Shown here piece after piece: positions 23,779-36,277 of a DNA stretch of 64,000 bases. Numbering within the stretch: the first letter of the stretch is position 1; each line of letters opens with the position of its first letter. The notes under the pieces are model-generated. The model worked only from the letters and a program-made list of their open reading frames with translations. It was not told the DNA's origin and made no database searches. The position numbers and the translations under genes were made by a program. Source of the stretch: Paecilomyces variotii (lineage: Eukaryota); NCBI GenBank assembly GCA_004022145.1, contig RCNU01000014.1; one strand, given 5' to 3'.

Positions 23779-24898
23779 CGTATGTTCCTACAAAGCGGAC
23801 TGGATGAAACGAAATATCGAAACTGACTCCTTGCTGCAAAAGTCACATGGCATTCACAGCCTGCTTGACTTGCTGAAGCAAGCCTGCAAAGATGGTAAAA
23901 TATGCTTGAACAGTTTGCCTGGAAAGTGAAGGAAGCAGTTAAAACAGTTAAAAGCTTGCTTATTGGATCTGGCAGTGTAGTTAATGTCGTCCTTCACAGA
24001 TGACTAAGCAGACTTGTGCTGGAGAGAGTACCATAGTTACGCAGGTCACTTGACTTTTCACTTAGGGGCGCGAAAACTATGGTACCTACTTAGGTACTTA
24101 CTTAGTTAATAATTTACAACTGCTTAGTAAATACTTTAGAACTGCTTAATAACTGCTAGGGAAATTCAGCGTAACTATGGTATAACTTGAAGAAATAGAA
24201 ATTACCATAGAGTCTAGACAATAATCTTCAAGTGGGTCCATCAAACTCGGAAAACTCTCGCTATCACGTGCAAATAGCTGTGGGTCTCGAGGGGTCAGAT
24301 GATCCGGGGAGATGGATTGACTCTCCACGCGACAATCATGTGACTGCCAAGGCTGTTAGTAAGCGGTTCCGCGTCTCGACGCTAAAACCGAAGCTTGGAA
24401 CCCCAAGAAACAACAGGGCCAAGACAACAGTAAAAAAATTCTTTCGGAACTTTCAATTAACTGGTTAACTAGTTAAGTTAACTTGGAAGTTAACTAACAT
24501 GTCACACCAAGCTGAATAAGCGGAATCCCGAATTGGGGTAACTAACTACAGTATACGATGATGCTTTCTTGTTGACAAGGAAGTGGACAAGCCGGCCACC
24601 TCTGATTTGCTCCAGGCCTCAAGGCTCATGCTGTGTTGATGTATCAACCAGTGGCCACAAAGGAGACTGATTCCGGATAGCGCTAACGTCATCTAGTGAT
24701 GGTTTCTTTGCACTGACATTCAGTTTTGACTATTTGACTTGGATGACATCTCATGTAAGTACTGTACATTCTGACTCCTGGAACTGATGGCGAATTTACA
24801 ACTTTTGTGAGCGCTACAGATATTTTCGTTAAATGCTTTTAATTAACAATTGTTGAGTACAAGCTAAACCGTGAATAATCATGTGCAACATCATGGTA

Positions 24899-26357
24899 TC
24901 ACCACTTATTATCAAAGACTTTACCGTTAACATAATTGACCATTTCGTTGACGGGGGAAAGATGGTCTCGTCCGGCCCCGAAAAGCATGCCTTGGCGCAT
25001 CACTTTCCGATAGTTCTTGCCGGGCGACACCTTGCCCAGAACGTATTCCTGGCGAGTCTCGACACGGGTTGGGACGGGAATGGAGCGGCCGACAATGGCC
25101 TCCATACCTTGCCAGGCGAAGGTGATGGCCTCTTTGGCTCCGGCAGGAATGCCCGCCTCGTCGAGCATAAGGATCTTCGTGGTCGGGTAGTTTTCTTGGA
25201 TATACTTTGTGATGTTGGGGTTGTACGCGCCACCTCCACACATGAAGATCTCGTCAATGTGTAGGTCTTTGGGCGCATAGCGACGGTAGTGGTCCACGAT
25301 TGCCTGAGCTGTGATGCGGGTGATACTGGCAACCACATCGTCAGGAGTGAGGCCCTTAGCCTCTGCTTTAGAGATAAATTCGAACGCCAGGGTGTCCCGG
25401 AAAACCTCACGACCAGTGGTCTTGGGCGGGTCCAGGCGGAAGTATGGGTGGTTCTGGAGGAAGTCGTCCACGAGTTCCTGGTCGACTTTTCCGCGGGCGC
25501 CCATCTCGCCATTTTTATCGTACTCTTGCTCGCCGTTGGTGTAGTGACGAACCACAGCATCAATGAACACGTTGCCTGGGCCGGTATCGAAGTCATAGCA
25601 GGCATCGATGCCGCCGTGGGAGTCGGGCGGGATGAAACATACGTTGGCGATACCGCCAATGTTTTGACAGGCACGCAGCTTCGTTGGGTGGTGCAGAACC
25701 AAAGCATCGAAGAAAGCGATGAGCGGCGCACCCTGACGGCCGGCCGCCTGGTCACTGACACGGAAGTCCGTGACCGTTGTGATGCCGGTGCGAGCGGCGA
25801 GGAATGAACCCTCGGCCATTGTGAGGGCGCTGCGCACTTCTCCAGGCTCGGGCATGGAAAGGAGCCAAATGGTCTGACCGTGAGATCCTAGGACATCGAT
25901 GGTCGAGATGTCCACGTTGTAGTCCTGGCAGAACTGCTTGACAGCGGCCGCAAATGTCTCTCCCAGAATAACGTTGACTTCCGATAGCTCCGAGGGGGAA
26001 GTCTTATTGTGAAGGATGATGTTCATAACACGCTTCTTGATTGTCTGCTCGAGAGGGATTTCTCCGTACTGAAATTAAGGTCGCGCTATGTCAGTCTGTT
26101 CGCTCAGCAGAACAAAAATAGACCTTGGTCACGACCACCCGACGTACCTTAACCAGTTCAAAATGCATGGGAGATTCGGGAGTCTCCTGTCGGAAATGGC
26201 ACAGAGCGCAATCAATTCCATCCTGCAAGTATGTGAGCCCTCATTCTGCTTCCCGCATCATCGACCTTGAGCGTTGACTTACCATTGATGTGCCACTGTT
26301 CAAGCCCAGGACCATCAGGTCCAGGGGCTGGTTGGAGAGATTACCGTTGGCGGCCAT
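24899..26357 (-). CDS. lgk: Levoglucosan kinase (AnmK/anhydro-sugar kinase family)
   Basis: [77 protein letters not shown]. As recalled, these are near-identical to Lipomyces levoglucosan kinase. Two 5' introns. Confidence 0.88.
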
Positions 26358-26511
26358 AGTGCTTAACTGTCCTTGACTAAAAGTTCGCTGAATTGCTCAC
26401 TCGCCGACGAAAGTGAGAGACTCGACAACCTTTATACCGCCACGGCCGTGTTCGGTTCCAAAAGTTACCACACACCTGGAAAGTTCTCGGACAAACGTGC
26501 TAGATTAGAAA

Positions 26512-26647
26512 TTTAGCCGCCTCCGGTATATTAATAAAAAATTTAATTACCGCAGATGAGCAAGCCTTTCGCTGAGGCAAGACGTCAAGTTCGTCAAGTT
26601 CGCCAAGTGGTTGACCTTCTAAACGGCTAAACGCTTAAACGGCTAAA
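26512..26647. promoter_or_regulatory. Three CGGCTAAA boxes in the lgk/transporter divergent promoter
   Basis: TTTAGCCG at 26512-26519, CGGCTAAA at 26624-26631 and 26640-26647. These match the CGGNTAAW/GGCTAA consensus of XlnR/AraR-type Zn2Cys6 factors. Confidence 0.6.
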
Positions 26648-26999
26648 CGCCTAACCGGCCGAACACTCCCCCGGTCCTCCACATTTTCTTCTCCACGGCA
26701 TCTCTCGACGGAGTCGACACTTTCTCTGGCGCAGACCAACGGCCTCCGCAATCATGAGGTTTGGTTAGCTCGTGGAAATCCGGATCTCCGGAGGCCTAGC
26801 ATACGCGCGCGTGCTCTATGCGTGGGTTCGGCCGGGAGTTTTTCTAAGGTGGCAAACCAGAACGTACGATCTACTAAAATATTTAAACGAATGTCAACCC
26901 CGGACTTTGCATACCGGCACTATTCTGAGCTTGGACGGTCTGTGGATGACCGTTGGGCAGTTTTCTTATCAATTTCTGTTTCTTAGCAGTTAAAGAAAC

Positions 27000-28861
27000 A
27001 TGGGCTACACAACGGTATGGAGACGCCTGTCTCCCGCTCAACTCAATGTGGCCATTCAGGCTTTCTCCCTGCTTTGCATATTCTTCGAGGGATATGACCA
27101 AGGTGTGATGGGAGGAGTCAACAGCTCGCCGAGATACGTCGTGGAGGTTGGCATTGGCAAACCTGACGGCACCGTCACCGACACTACCCATCAGGGTGGC
27201 ATTGTCAGCGTCTACTATCTCGGATGTATCTTTGGCTGCTTTGCGGGAGGTTGGCTGGCCGACCGCATTGGACGTATCAACGGTCTTTTCATTGGCTCTA
27301 TATTTGCGCTCATTGGAGGTGCTCTGCAGGCTGCCATTCAAAGCTCCGATTTCATGTTGGTCGCTAGAGTCGTGACCGGTGTTGGTACTGGAGGTAGGAA
27401 CATATTATTCGATCGAATCAAACGTGTGGATTTTGTTTTGGCTGACATGGAAATTACTAGCATTGACTGGTATCACGCCGGTGTTTGTGTCAGAGACTTC
27501 TTCGGCTGAGCATCGCGGTGGCTTCTTGGGATACGTCTTCATTGCAAACTGTAAATCTACCCTTCTTGACTCTACGAGTGTGGTAGTGGGAAATATGTGC
27601 TGATGTCTTTCAGATCTCGGTATTTCTGTGGCCTACTGGATGTCCTTCGGCCTTGCCTTTATCAACAATGGCTATTCTGATATCCGCTGGCGCTTTTTGC
27701 TTGCCTTCCAATGCATTCCTGCCCTGCTGCTGGTGATTTTCATCAAGATGCTACCGGATAGCCCACGTTTTCTTGCATCGGTTGGCCGTAACGAGGAGGC
27801 TCTGGATCTGCTCACCAGGATCCGAGCCCATAAGGCGACTCCGTTGGAGATTAATCGCGAGTACTCGGAGATTGTTGCTGCTGCTAAAGACAGCCAGCCC
27901 AGTTCTCCTCTTCAATTCGTCAAGATCTTGGTTGGCAAGGGCGGCAAACCTGGCAGCAATCTGGGCCGACGTGCTTGGCTTTGCGTGTGGCTTCAGATCA
28001 TGGCCTCCTGGACTGGTATTACGGTATGTTTCAAGGATCAAGGTCTGGGTAGGAATAGCTACTGACTTGCAACTATTCAGGCTGTCACGGCATACTCTCC
28101 TGTCCTTCTCAGTCAAGCTGGTTATAGTACGGTTACCCAAAACGGTCTTGCTGGAGGACTGAACACAATCGGTATTCTGGGTACCCTCATCAGTACGCAG
28201 ATCGTAGATCGACTTGGTAGGAGGATGTGTCTGATGCTAGGCTCCGCGGTTCTGTTCGCCGTTGAACTAGTGGTAAGTTTGCATAATCCGTATGCCATCT
28301 CCGAACGTTTGGAGGGACTAACGTAGATATTTGCAGGCGGGCGGCGTCTATGAAGGCTCCCTTCAACACCCCGAGAAGGCCGCGCAGTTTGCACCAGCTG
28401 CCGTGGCTATGCTCTTCCTCTTTAACTTGGGATACGCTGCGACTTGGGGAACGGTAGCCTTCCTTATCCCGACAGAGATCTTCCCATCGGATCTGCGGGC
28501 CCAAGGAAACGGTTTTGGCGTCACTGGATGGGCTATCGGAGTGGGTATGACCACACTCGTCAACCCCGTCATGTTTGGAAGTCTGAAAAGCCGCAGCTAC
28601 TTCCTGCTGGCTGGCTTGAACCTTCTTTGGATCCCTATTGTGTATCTGTTCTACCCGGAAACTCGCAACCGGTCATTGGAATCCATTGACCTGTTGTTCT
28701 CCACCCCAGAGCCATTCTATTGGAACATGGAGCGGGCTTATCGCATGCATATAGATGCGCTTGGAGACGGAGAGACTGGGAAGGCCACCGACGAGGGCAG
28801 CAACAAACTCGCTGCAGACCAAGAAATCACCCACCAAGAATTCTGTGAGACAGTTGTGTGA
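27000..28861 (+). CDS. MFS sugar porter
   Basis: EGYDQGVMGG, ADRIGR, ARVVTG, PDSPRFL, VDRLGRR, PTEIFP, YPETRNRSLESID. Four introns. Divergent from lgk. Confidence 0.93.
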
Positions 28862-29295
28862 TTACAGATTATGCCATCTGTCTTATCTAGAAGTGTGATA
28901 GTTCGATTGATGTTTCTTTTGTTCTTCGTGATGGGCTTGGGGATCTGTGTACAGTACATACATACAAAACGCTCCAGTCAGTCAGCTTACACTAAGGCCG
29001 AAATTTACGGCAGGGAGTAGATAAATGGAAAAAGAAAACTCTCCATATGTTGAAATCCAATGACTGTGTTGATTATTTCAAGGGGGCAAGAATAAGTTAA
29101 TGCAGAGTCCATTCAATACAGTAGAGAAGCTAGATATGGTGATATCCAATAATTCCTTAACAATGATCGGATGTTCATTAGATAAAGAATGCACCCAATT
29201 CCGGCTTCCGCCGCGGGGCAGAAAAAAAGTCTCGGGCGGTGACACATCGGACGGCGGGGGCCATTGAAACGGTCCGTATTTGAGCAGACATCAAT

Positions 29296-29302
29296 TGACT
29301 CA
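29296..29302 (+). promoter_or_regulatory. Gcn4/CpcA site upstream of HIS4
   Basis: TGACTCA about 95 bp upstream of the ATG of a classic cross-pathway-control target. Confidence 0.65.
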
Positions 29303-29393
29303 TCGTCGCTGCAGGAAGAGAGCATTCAAGACCTCCTCTCTCTTTTTATTTTCATATCCTTTGGCGTACAGCTAGCCAGCAAGGCCTGCGAAA

Positions 29394-32104
29394 ATGGCTA
29401 CGCCACTTCTCGTTTCCTTCGACCCCTCCTCCCCCGCCGAGGGGCTCTCTCTTCAGCAGATCTCGTACTTTGGTCGCGTTCTGATCAAAGCTAAGAGTCT
29501 GTCGCAAGCCTCTGAGTTTATCAGCAAGAACTTCCCCCTTCTCGATGTCTACGTTGACGCCACGGAGATCGCCTCTGTCGGAGACATCGTCGACATTCTG
29601 AACGCCGGTGCCGCAAAAGCATTCGTTTCGCTGGAGCAATTGGAGGCCCTGTCGAAGGAGCAGGATGTTTCCTCGACACGACTGGTCGTTTATGCCCCAT
29701 CTAGCAAAGAAGTACAGACTGTCAAGAGTTGGATTGCTGAGAATGAGGAGAGGAAGGAAATTGGTGTCTTCACCAACCCCGCCGAAGTGAAGAACGTTGC
29801 GGAAACACTCAACATTGATCTTGAGGCGCAGAGGCTTTACGCATCGTTTGTCGGACAGTCTGTGACGGAGGATTCTGTGAAGGCTTCTTTGGGACAAGGC
29901 GCCGTCAGCATTGTACCATCGCAGGCATTGACCTTTGAAAAGGAGGCGGGAAACAAGATCTCCGCTGGCAAGCTGGTGGCTGCGCGTGGAGTCGCGGACC
30001 AGAACTCGGGTCTCTATGCTACAACGGTCACGGATGAGAGAGGCATTCTGCTTGGATTTGTCTGGAGCAGCGACGAGAGCATTGCGGAGGCTTTGAGGAC
30101 GGGGACTGGAGTCTACCAGAGCAGAAAGCGAGGATTGTGGTACAAGGGACAGTCCAGCGGGGACACCCAGGAACTTATCAGGATTGGCTTCGACTGCGAC
30201 AGCGATTGCTTGGTTTTCGTCGTGAAGCAGAAAGGCAGAGGTATGTGGCTACGCTCTTTCCGCGATGCGCCAGCACTAAACTATCTGTATAGGATTCTGT
30301 CACCTTGGCACGGCCAGCTGCTTCGGGCCATCTGCAGGTCTCTCTCACCTCCAGAAGACATTGGAAGCTCGCAAACAAGATGCACCCGCCGGATCGTATA
30401 CCGCCAGGCTTTTCAACGACCCCAAGCTTGTGCAGGCTAAAATCATGGAGGAGGCGGAGGAGCTGTGCCAGGCGAAGACGAAGGAGGAGATCGCTTTTGA
30501 GGCTGCAGACCTGCTGTACTTCGCTCTCACGAAGTGCACCGCTGCTGGAGTTAGCCTGAAGGATATTGAAAGAAATCTTGACCTGAAGAGCTTGAAGGTC
30601 AAGAGGAGAAAGGGCGACGCCAAGGGTCCCTGGGCCGAAAAGCTCGGCCTTACGAAGCCCGCAGAGACAAAGACGGCGACTCCTGCTCCCAAGGAGCAGC
30701 CTGCGGCCAGTGATAACAGTGGTCGTATCGAGATGAAGCGTATTGTCACTGCTTCTACCCCAGCCAACGTGGTGAAGGATGCTCTCAAGCGCCCGTCCCA
30801 GAAGTCCAATGAGGCCATTCTCGGTTTGGTCCGCCCTATTGTCCAAGATGTCCATGACAATGGAGATGCCGCTGTCCTCAAGTACACCCACAAGTTCGAG
30901 AAGGCTACGTCACTGACATCGCCGGTTCTCCGTGCGCCGTTCCCTGAAAGTCTGATGCAGCTGTCTCCTGAGACTATCAAGGCCATCGATGTCAGCTTTG
31001 ACAACATCAAACGCTTCCACAGCGCCCAGCAAGACAAACCACTTGTGTTGGAGACCATGCCAGGAGTAGTCTGCTCGCGCTTTTCGCGACCAATTGAAAG
31101 AGTTGGACTCTACATCCCCGGTGGAACCGCTGTTCTTCCTTCAACTGCCCTGATGCTGGGAGTACCAGCAATGGTGGCAGGATGCAAGAAGATCGTTTTT
31201 GCCACTCCTCCTCGATCTGACGGCAGCGTATCCCCCGAGATTGTTTACGTTGCGCACAAGGTCGGCGCAGAGAGCATTGTGCTGGCTGGTGGCGCGCAGG
31301 CCGTTGCTGCGCTAGCCTATGGTACGGAGAGCATCACCAAGGTCGACAAGATCCTGGGTCCGGGTAACCAGTTTGTGACTGCAGCCAAGATGATGGTATC
31401 CAACGATACTTCTGCAGGTGTCAGTATCGACATGCCAGCCGGGCCCAGTGAAGTCTTGGTTGTGGCAGACAAGCAGGCTAACCCGGCCTTCGTTGCTTCT
31501 GACCTGCTGAGCCAGGCCGAGCACGGTGTGGATTCTCAGGTGATCCTCATCGCAGTTGATCTCAACGAGCAGGAACTGGCAGCCATTGAAGACGAGGTTG
31601 ATAAGCAGGCCAATGCCCTGCCACGTGTTGATATTGTGAAGGGATCCATCGCTCACTCGGTTACCTTTGTGGTTAAGGATATTAAGGAGGCCATGGAGCT
31701 CAGCAATGACTACGCCCCTGAGCACTTGATCCTTCAGGTGCAAGACGCCGAAAAGGTCGTTGATCTGGTGGAGAACGCCGGAAGTGTGTTTATCGGTCCC
31801 TGGACACCCGAGAGTGTGGGCGACTACTCTGCTGGTGTCAACCACTCTTTGCGTAAGTTTTCTTTTGCTTTCATTTTGAAACATACCGCTGACTTCCCTT
31901 CCAGCAACGTACGGCTACGCCAAGCAGTACTCTGGTGTGAACCTGGGCTCGTTCGTCAAGCACATCACCAGCTCCAACCTTACTGCTGACGGTCTGTACG
32001 GTCTGTCCTCGACCGTGGAGTGCCTCGCCGCTGTGGAGGGTCTGGATGCGCACAAGAGGGCCGTCAGCATCAGAGTTGCTGCTATGAAGAAAAGCCAGGC
32101 ATAG
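29394..32104 (+). CDS. HIS4: Trifunctional histidine biosynthesis protein (PR-AMP cyclohydrolase / PR-ATP pyrophosphatase / histidinol dehydrogenase)
   Basis: YQSRKRGLWYKG, DCDSDCL, KIMEEAEE, GLYIPGG, GPGNQFV, DMPAGPSE, SQAEHG, APEHL, GDYSAGVNH. Two introns (about 30242-30292 and 31853-31904). Confidence 0.97.
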
Positions 32105-32640
32105 GCTATTATCGCATGAATGATGTCTGTTGGTTTGATTTTCCGAAAGTATGACCTCTTTGCCTCACCTTATCTATTATCTGTAAATGTTACGATTATA
32201 TGCCTTGGCCTGGAATTATAGAATGAACGCCGGATCAGAAAAAGTTATTGTACTCTACATCTAATCTAACCTCTCGGTTGTATCTCTTGACTGGAGAAGG
32301 ACGCTGCTGCATATCGAAGTCATGACAAAAGCTGTCTGATCCCGCTATACTGGAAATATAGTCCCAAGACAAACTTTTGATGGTATCATTGTAGAATCGC
32401 TACCTACAGTCTATATGTACAGTACAACCCAACACCATGCGCCCTTTTTTTGGCCTAAAAACTCCGAGCCAGAGACTTCGCCGTATAAAACCCATAAGAA
32501 GGAAAATATGAGTTGACAGAGAGCCATTATCTCCCATCTTCTCTCGACACGAGGATGTAAATGCACCGCACATGCCTATCATCATTCATAAGCAGGAAAA
32601 TGCACCGGACCAAGAAACGTATATTCGATATCAGATCAGA

Positions 32641-33666
32641 TCACTTCTTCCGCTCCCTGATCTTCCACTTGACGCCATTCTTGTTCTTTCCTCCAACTGC
32701 GTTGTCCATTCGTCCACGCTGCCATTCCAGCTCTCGCTCCGCGGCGGTAATCTCAGCATATTGCTTCTTCAGAGCTTTCAGCTTGTTGTGTCGCGCTTCA
32801 GCGGCTCGCTTCTTTGCCTTGCGCGCGGCGCGCAGTTCACGGAACGCTTGCATTTCCGCCTCAAGCTGCTTTTTGGATTTTTTCTGGTTCTGATTGGGCT
32901 TCTTGGATAATTGTCCGAAAGAGTCATCATCATCTTCGTCCATTTCGTCGCTGTCTTGGTCGAGTTCTCGACCGAGTTCCCTCTGCTCCTCACGGCTCTC
33001 TGCAAAAACAACCTTCTTCGGCTTACCATCATCCTCTTCCTCTTCGAAATCGAAAAAGTCGTCCTCCTCATCCGCATTCTTCTGTTTCGTCGTCTGACCC
33101 TCGCCCAGAACTTCCTGGATTCCATCCTGCATCTTCACCTCTTGCTCTAACCGCTCCATCTCGCGACGGATCCGCTCCCCAACCGTACGGAGGTATCCCG
33201 CATCCTGCGTCTTGAGCAATTTCGCAGCTTCGTTACTGAGTGATTGGCCCGATTCGCGCGCTCCGTGTTTACCCTGCTTGGCAGCTCGGTCGGAAAGCAT
33301 CCCAAAGGCGAATTCATCGGGGTTGCGATCGCGCGCCTTTTCGCGAAGACGTTGTAGTTTGGCCTTTTTGACATTGTAGTCTTTTGCGCGGAGGGAGTAG
33401 TCCTATTTATTTAAAGAAGATTATTTTATCAGTTATATATTCATTTATATGATGTTTCTGTATCCAGAAGGGGAAAAAAAAGTTTCATAGTAGTAGCGTC
33501 TGGATTCTACTGCTAGAGAAACGCAGAAAATGCCACCACAAACAACCAACGAGGAGGAATAGAATCTCACCTTGTGTTTCTCGAGAATACCCCATTTCTC
33601 GCGACCTTCGAGCTGACCACGCTCGCGGTGCTGCCGTCGTTGGACGGCGTTTCGCATAGACGACAT
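32641..33666 (-). CDS. UTP11: U3 snoRNP / SSU processome protein Utp11
   Basis: HRERGQ…GILEKHK|DYSLRAKDY, RNPDEFAFGM, LLKTQDAGY, KWKIRERKK. One intron 33570-33403. Confidence 0.93.
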
Positions 33667-34229
33667 TCTGTGCAGATAGTTTCCTTCTCAACCTGCTCTT
33701 TGCTGGTCCGAAAACGAAGCGATAGGTATGTAAAGGTAGTCCCGGTATGAACGAGAACTGAAAAAGGAAACCTAAGCCCCACAGGTCTTCCCCTTCGAAA
33801 GCAAAGAAAGAATAGCTCAGAGAGATGGGGTGGTGTTTTGCTGATCGGCAGAAAAACGAAGAGGTGGTTTGAGTTGATTTTTGGACTTTGGCAGCTAAAA
33901 AAATGGATGGGGTTTGCGGATCGGGAAGCGGAGCAAAACCGTCGGCCGAAGTTGATTTGCGTTTGCGCGGCTGTTCAATTCAACAGAACAACCTCGTTGA
34001 CTTTTGACTCGTGGGGGAGGTTCGTGATCTTGAAGGGTCTTGAGCAAATTACTGTTTATGGTTTTCTAAAGTCTTCGTTTCTTGCGGAGCTATCGATTGT
34101 TGCTTGGTTGGAGAGAAGAAGTCAACTCCGCCAGGTCCCGTTTTCCTCAGCTTGAGACGAATCGACAGCAGAAACAAATCCCCCGGGGAGCTTCGCGTGT
34201 CTATTATTCTGTTCTATTTACCTCTCACA

Positions 34230-34733
34230 ATGGCTACCGCTTCAGCATCGCAGGGCACGACCCCTAATGCCCCAGGACCGCAACTCAATCTCCGCAACCC
34301 CGTCCCCCTCTCCGCGGCGCAGGAACAACAAGTCAAAGAGCTGTACCATAAGCGAGTGAGGGGATACTGCGCGAAGGAAATCAAGGGTATAGACATTGCC
34401 GCTTTTTTGTTTTTTCTTTCCAATCGAACAAAGCTTGCTAACTATACTTCCGCAGAATTCGCCCAGTGCGCCGTCAACCGCACCGTGACTGCAACATGGG
34501 TCTGTCGCCAACAACGCCTCGCCATGAACGCCTGCATGCTCGAGCACGCGAAGCCTGAAGAGGAAGATCGCGCGAGAGAAGAGTGGTTCTTGAAAAGGGA
34601 GGAACGACGTCGTGAGAAAGAGCAGGAGCTGGCTGCGGTCGAGAAGAGACGTCTAGAGGTCATTCAGATGATGAGGGAGGATCAGGAAAGGAGGAGGAAG
34701 TTGAGAGAGCAGGAATTGCAGCAGAAGAGATGA
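34230..34733 (+). CDS. CMC1: COX assembly protein, twin CX9C (Cmc1 family)
   Basis: YC AKEIK|EFAQC…WVCRQQRLAMNAC gives a twin-CX9C pattern after removing the intron at about 34387-34455. Confidence 0.82.
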   Translation: MATASASQGTTPNAPGPQLNLRNPVPLSAAQEQQVKELYHKRVRGYCAKEIKGIDIAAFLFFLSNRTKLANYTSAEFAQCAVNRTVTATWVCRQQRLAMNACMLEHAKPEEEDRAREEWFLKREERRREKEQELAAVEKRRLEVIQMMREDQERRRKLREQELQQKR

Positions 34734-35428
34734 GATGATTGATCGCGAGACTCGTCTTTGTTGCTTCGGTCGGGGGGAAGTATGCTGGTTGAACGCAGAA
34801 GTTCAAGGCATACGTAAACGGATGGTTCGTCAGGGAGGAGCTGGTCATGGCTCTACAAGCTGCCACTGTCGACCAATGTCTTCTCGCTTCGAGACATGGA
34901 CGTCCTGGTCCTCAGGGGCCATGTTTGGCTCTCAATGTCGAGCTGCTATGTGTCAGACCGAGCACCAACACGCCTGGTGCACGGTGTATATATGTGGACG
35001 TATGTGGACGGCGGGATGGACGACCTTGCATGGAACGATGGGGTTCAGTGGCGTTATTTCTTTACTTCTACTTCAGGTGTATGGAGTTGTGTGTGCTCTC
35101 CCAACTTTGTCTGTTGCTGGGATTATCTATGTACACTATAGTCACCTCCACCGGCTTAAATATTTTGGTGTCATGCCTAAAAAGGTATCAAATAAACCCC
35201 CTTCCATTGAGAAAATAGTTCCTTCTCCCTCAAAAAAAAAGATATATCCTTATACATGATGGGTAGGTACATCCTGCCTTGCGCCTCAAACTCCACTGTT
35301 CCTGCTTCTGGTTTCAATTCATAACCCAGCAATCCAGTCCCGATCAGTCCAAGTGTGCTCGTTCGAAGAAGAAAAAAAGACCCGGGGAGGTTTGGATGTG
35401 CGCCAAAAGAAGATGTTCTAAACGGAAA

Positions 35429-36277
35429 TCAAACGTCCGTCATGGTCTTATCTTCCTCTCCACCTTCGCCCATGGCCGTGTCTTCTCCGAAAATGTCCTC
35501 CATCTTGCCATCGCCTTCGTCTTCCCCTTCACCCTCTTCTCCCTCTCTCTCAGCAGCATTCGCTTCCGCGTTCTGGGCCGCTGTTGCTTCTTCCACCTCC
35601 TCTTCTCCTTCGCTTTCCCATGAATCCTTCAAGTTCCATCCCGTGCCCGACAGACAGAACCTCTCAGGTGGCAGCCTCATTCCACCCATCATGACGCTCG
35701 AATAGGCGTTCTGCCGATTTGCGGTAGCATTTGTATCATATCCTCTCTGTGCGCCGGGAAGCGCGATCCGATTCCTCTCCGCTGCGACGTCCATGAGGAA
35801 CTCCTTCGGTAGCGCCGGTTGAAATTGATAGTGTAATCGGGAGGCGATGCTCAGTCGCAGTGCAGGTAGAGAGACGGACTGGATCTCCGCGCCAGCACGG
35901 GGTGCCGCTCCAGAACCCGATTCTCCCGGCGCCGTGATGGCACCTGCATATCCTTCGGTAGCTAGGTGGACTGCATCTTGCAGCACACTCGAGGTATAAC
36001 GGTATGCGAAATCGAGGAGCTGGAGCGGGACCCGTTCCTGGTATGCCGTTACTCCTTGGGATGCAAGCAACATGTGGATGAGTCGCGCATCCCGTGGCCG
36101 GCGCGATTTTCCCGTATCCTGTAGGGAAGTTGCCGGTACCTGCGCTGGCTGGCCCATAGACTGACTAGATGAGGCTGTCGCGTTGGCTTGTGAAGTGGCG
36201 TTGGTTGGAGGGTCAGCAGGCGGCGTCAACGGTTGTGTCGCTGGACCCGATCCTTGTGTTTGACTGGGAGAAGCCAT
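35429..36277 (-). CDS. TAF9: TFIID/SAGA subunit Taf9
   Basis: PRDARLIHMLL…YQERVPLQLLDFAYRYT histone fold, LPKEFL…RNRIALP, RLPPERFCL. Confidence 0.93.
   Translation of the reverse strand: MASPSQTQGSGPATQPLTPPADPPTNATSQANATASSSQSMGQPAQVPATSLQDTGKSRRPRDARLIHMLLASQGVTAYQERVPLQLLDFAYRYTSSVLQDAVHLATEGYAGAITAPGESGSGAAPRAGAEIQSVSLPALRLSIASRLHYQFQPALPKEFLMDVAAERNRIALPGAQRGYDTNATANRQNAYSSVMMGGMRLPPERFCLSGTGWNLKDSWESEGEEEVEEATAAQNAEANAAEREGEEGEGEDEGDGKMEDIFGEDTAMGEGGEEDKTMTDV

Noticed and set aside
25000-25807. Long alternative-frame and antisense ORFs over lgk (similarly over HIS4, the FN3 gene and the mannosidase)
   Set aside because: Shadows of GC3-biased real genes, with no recognisable motifs.
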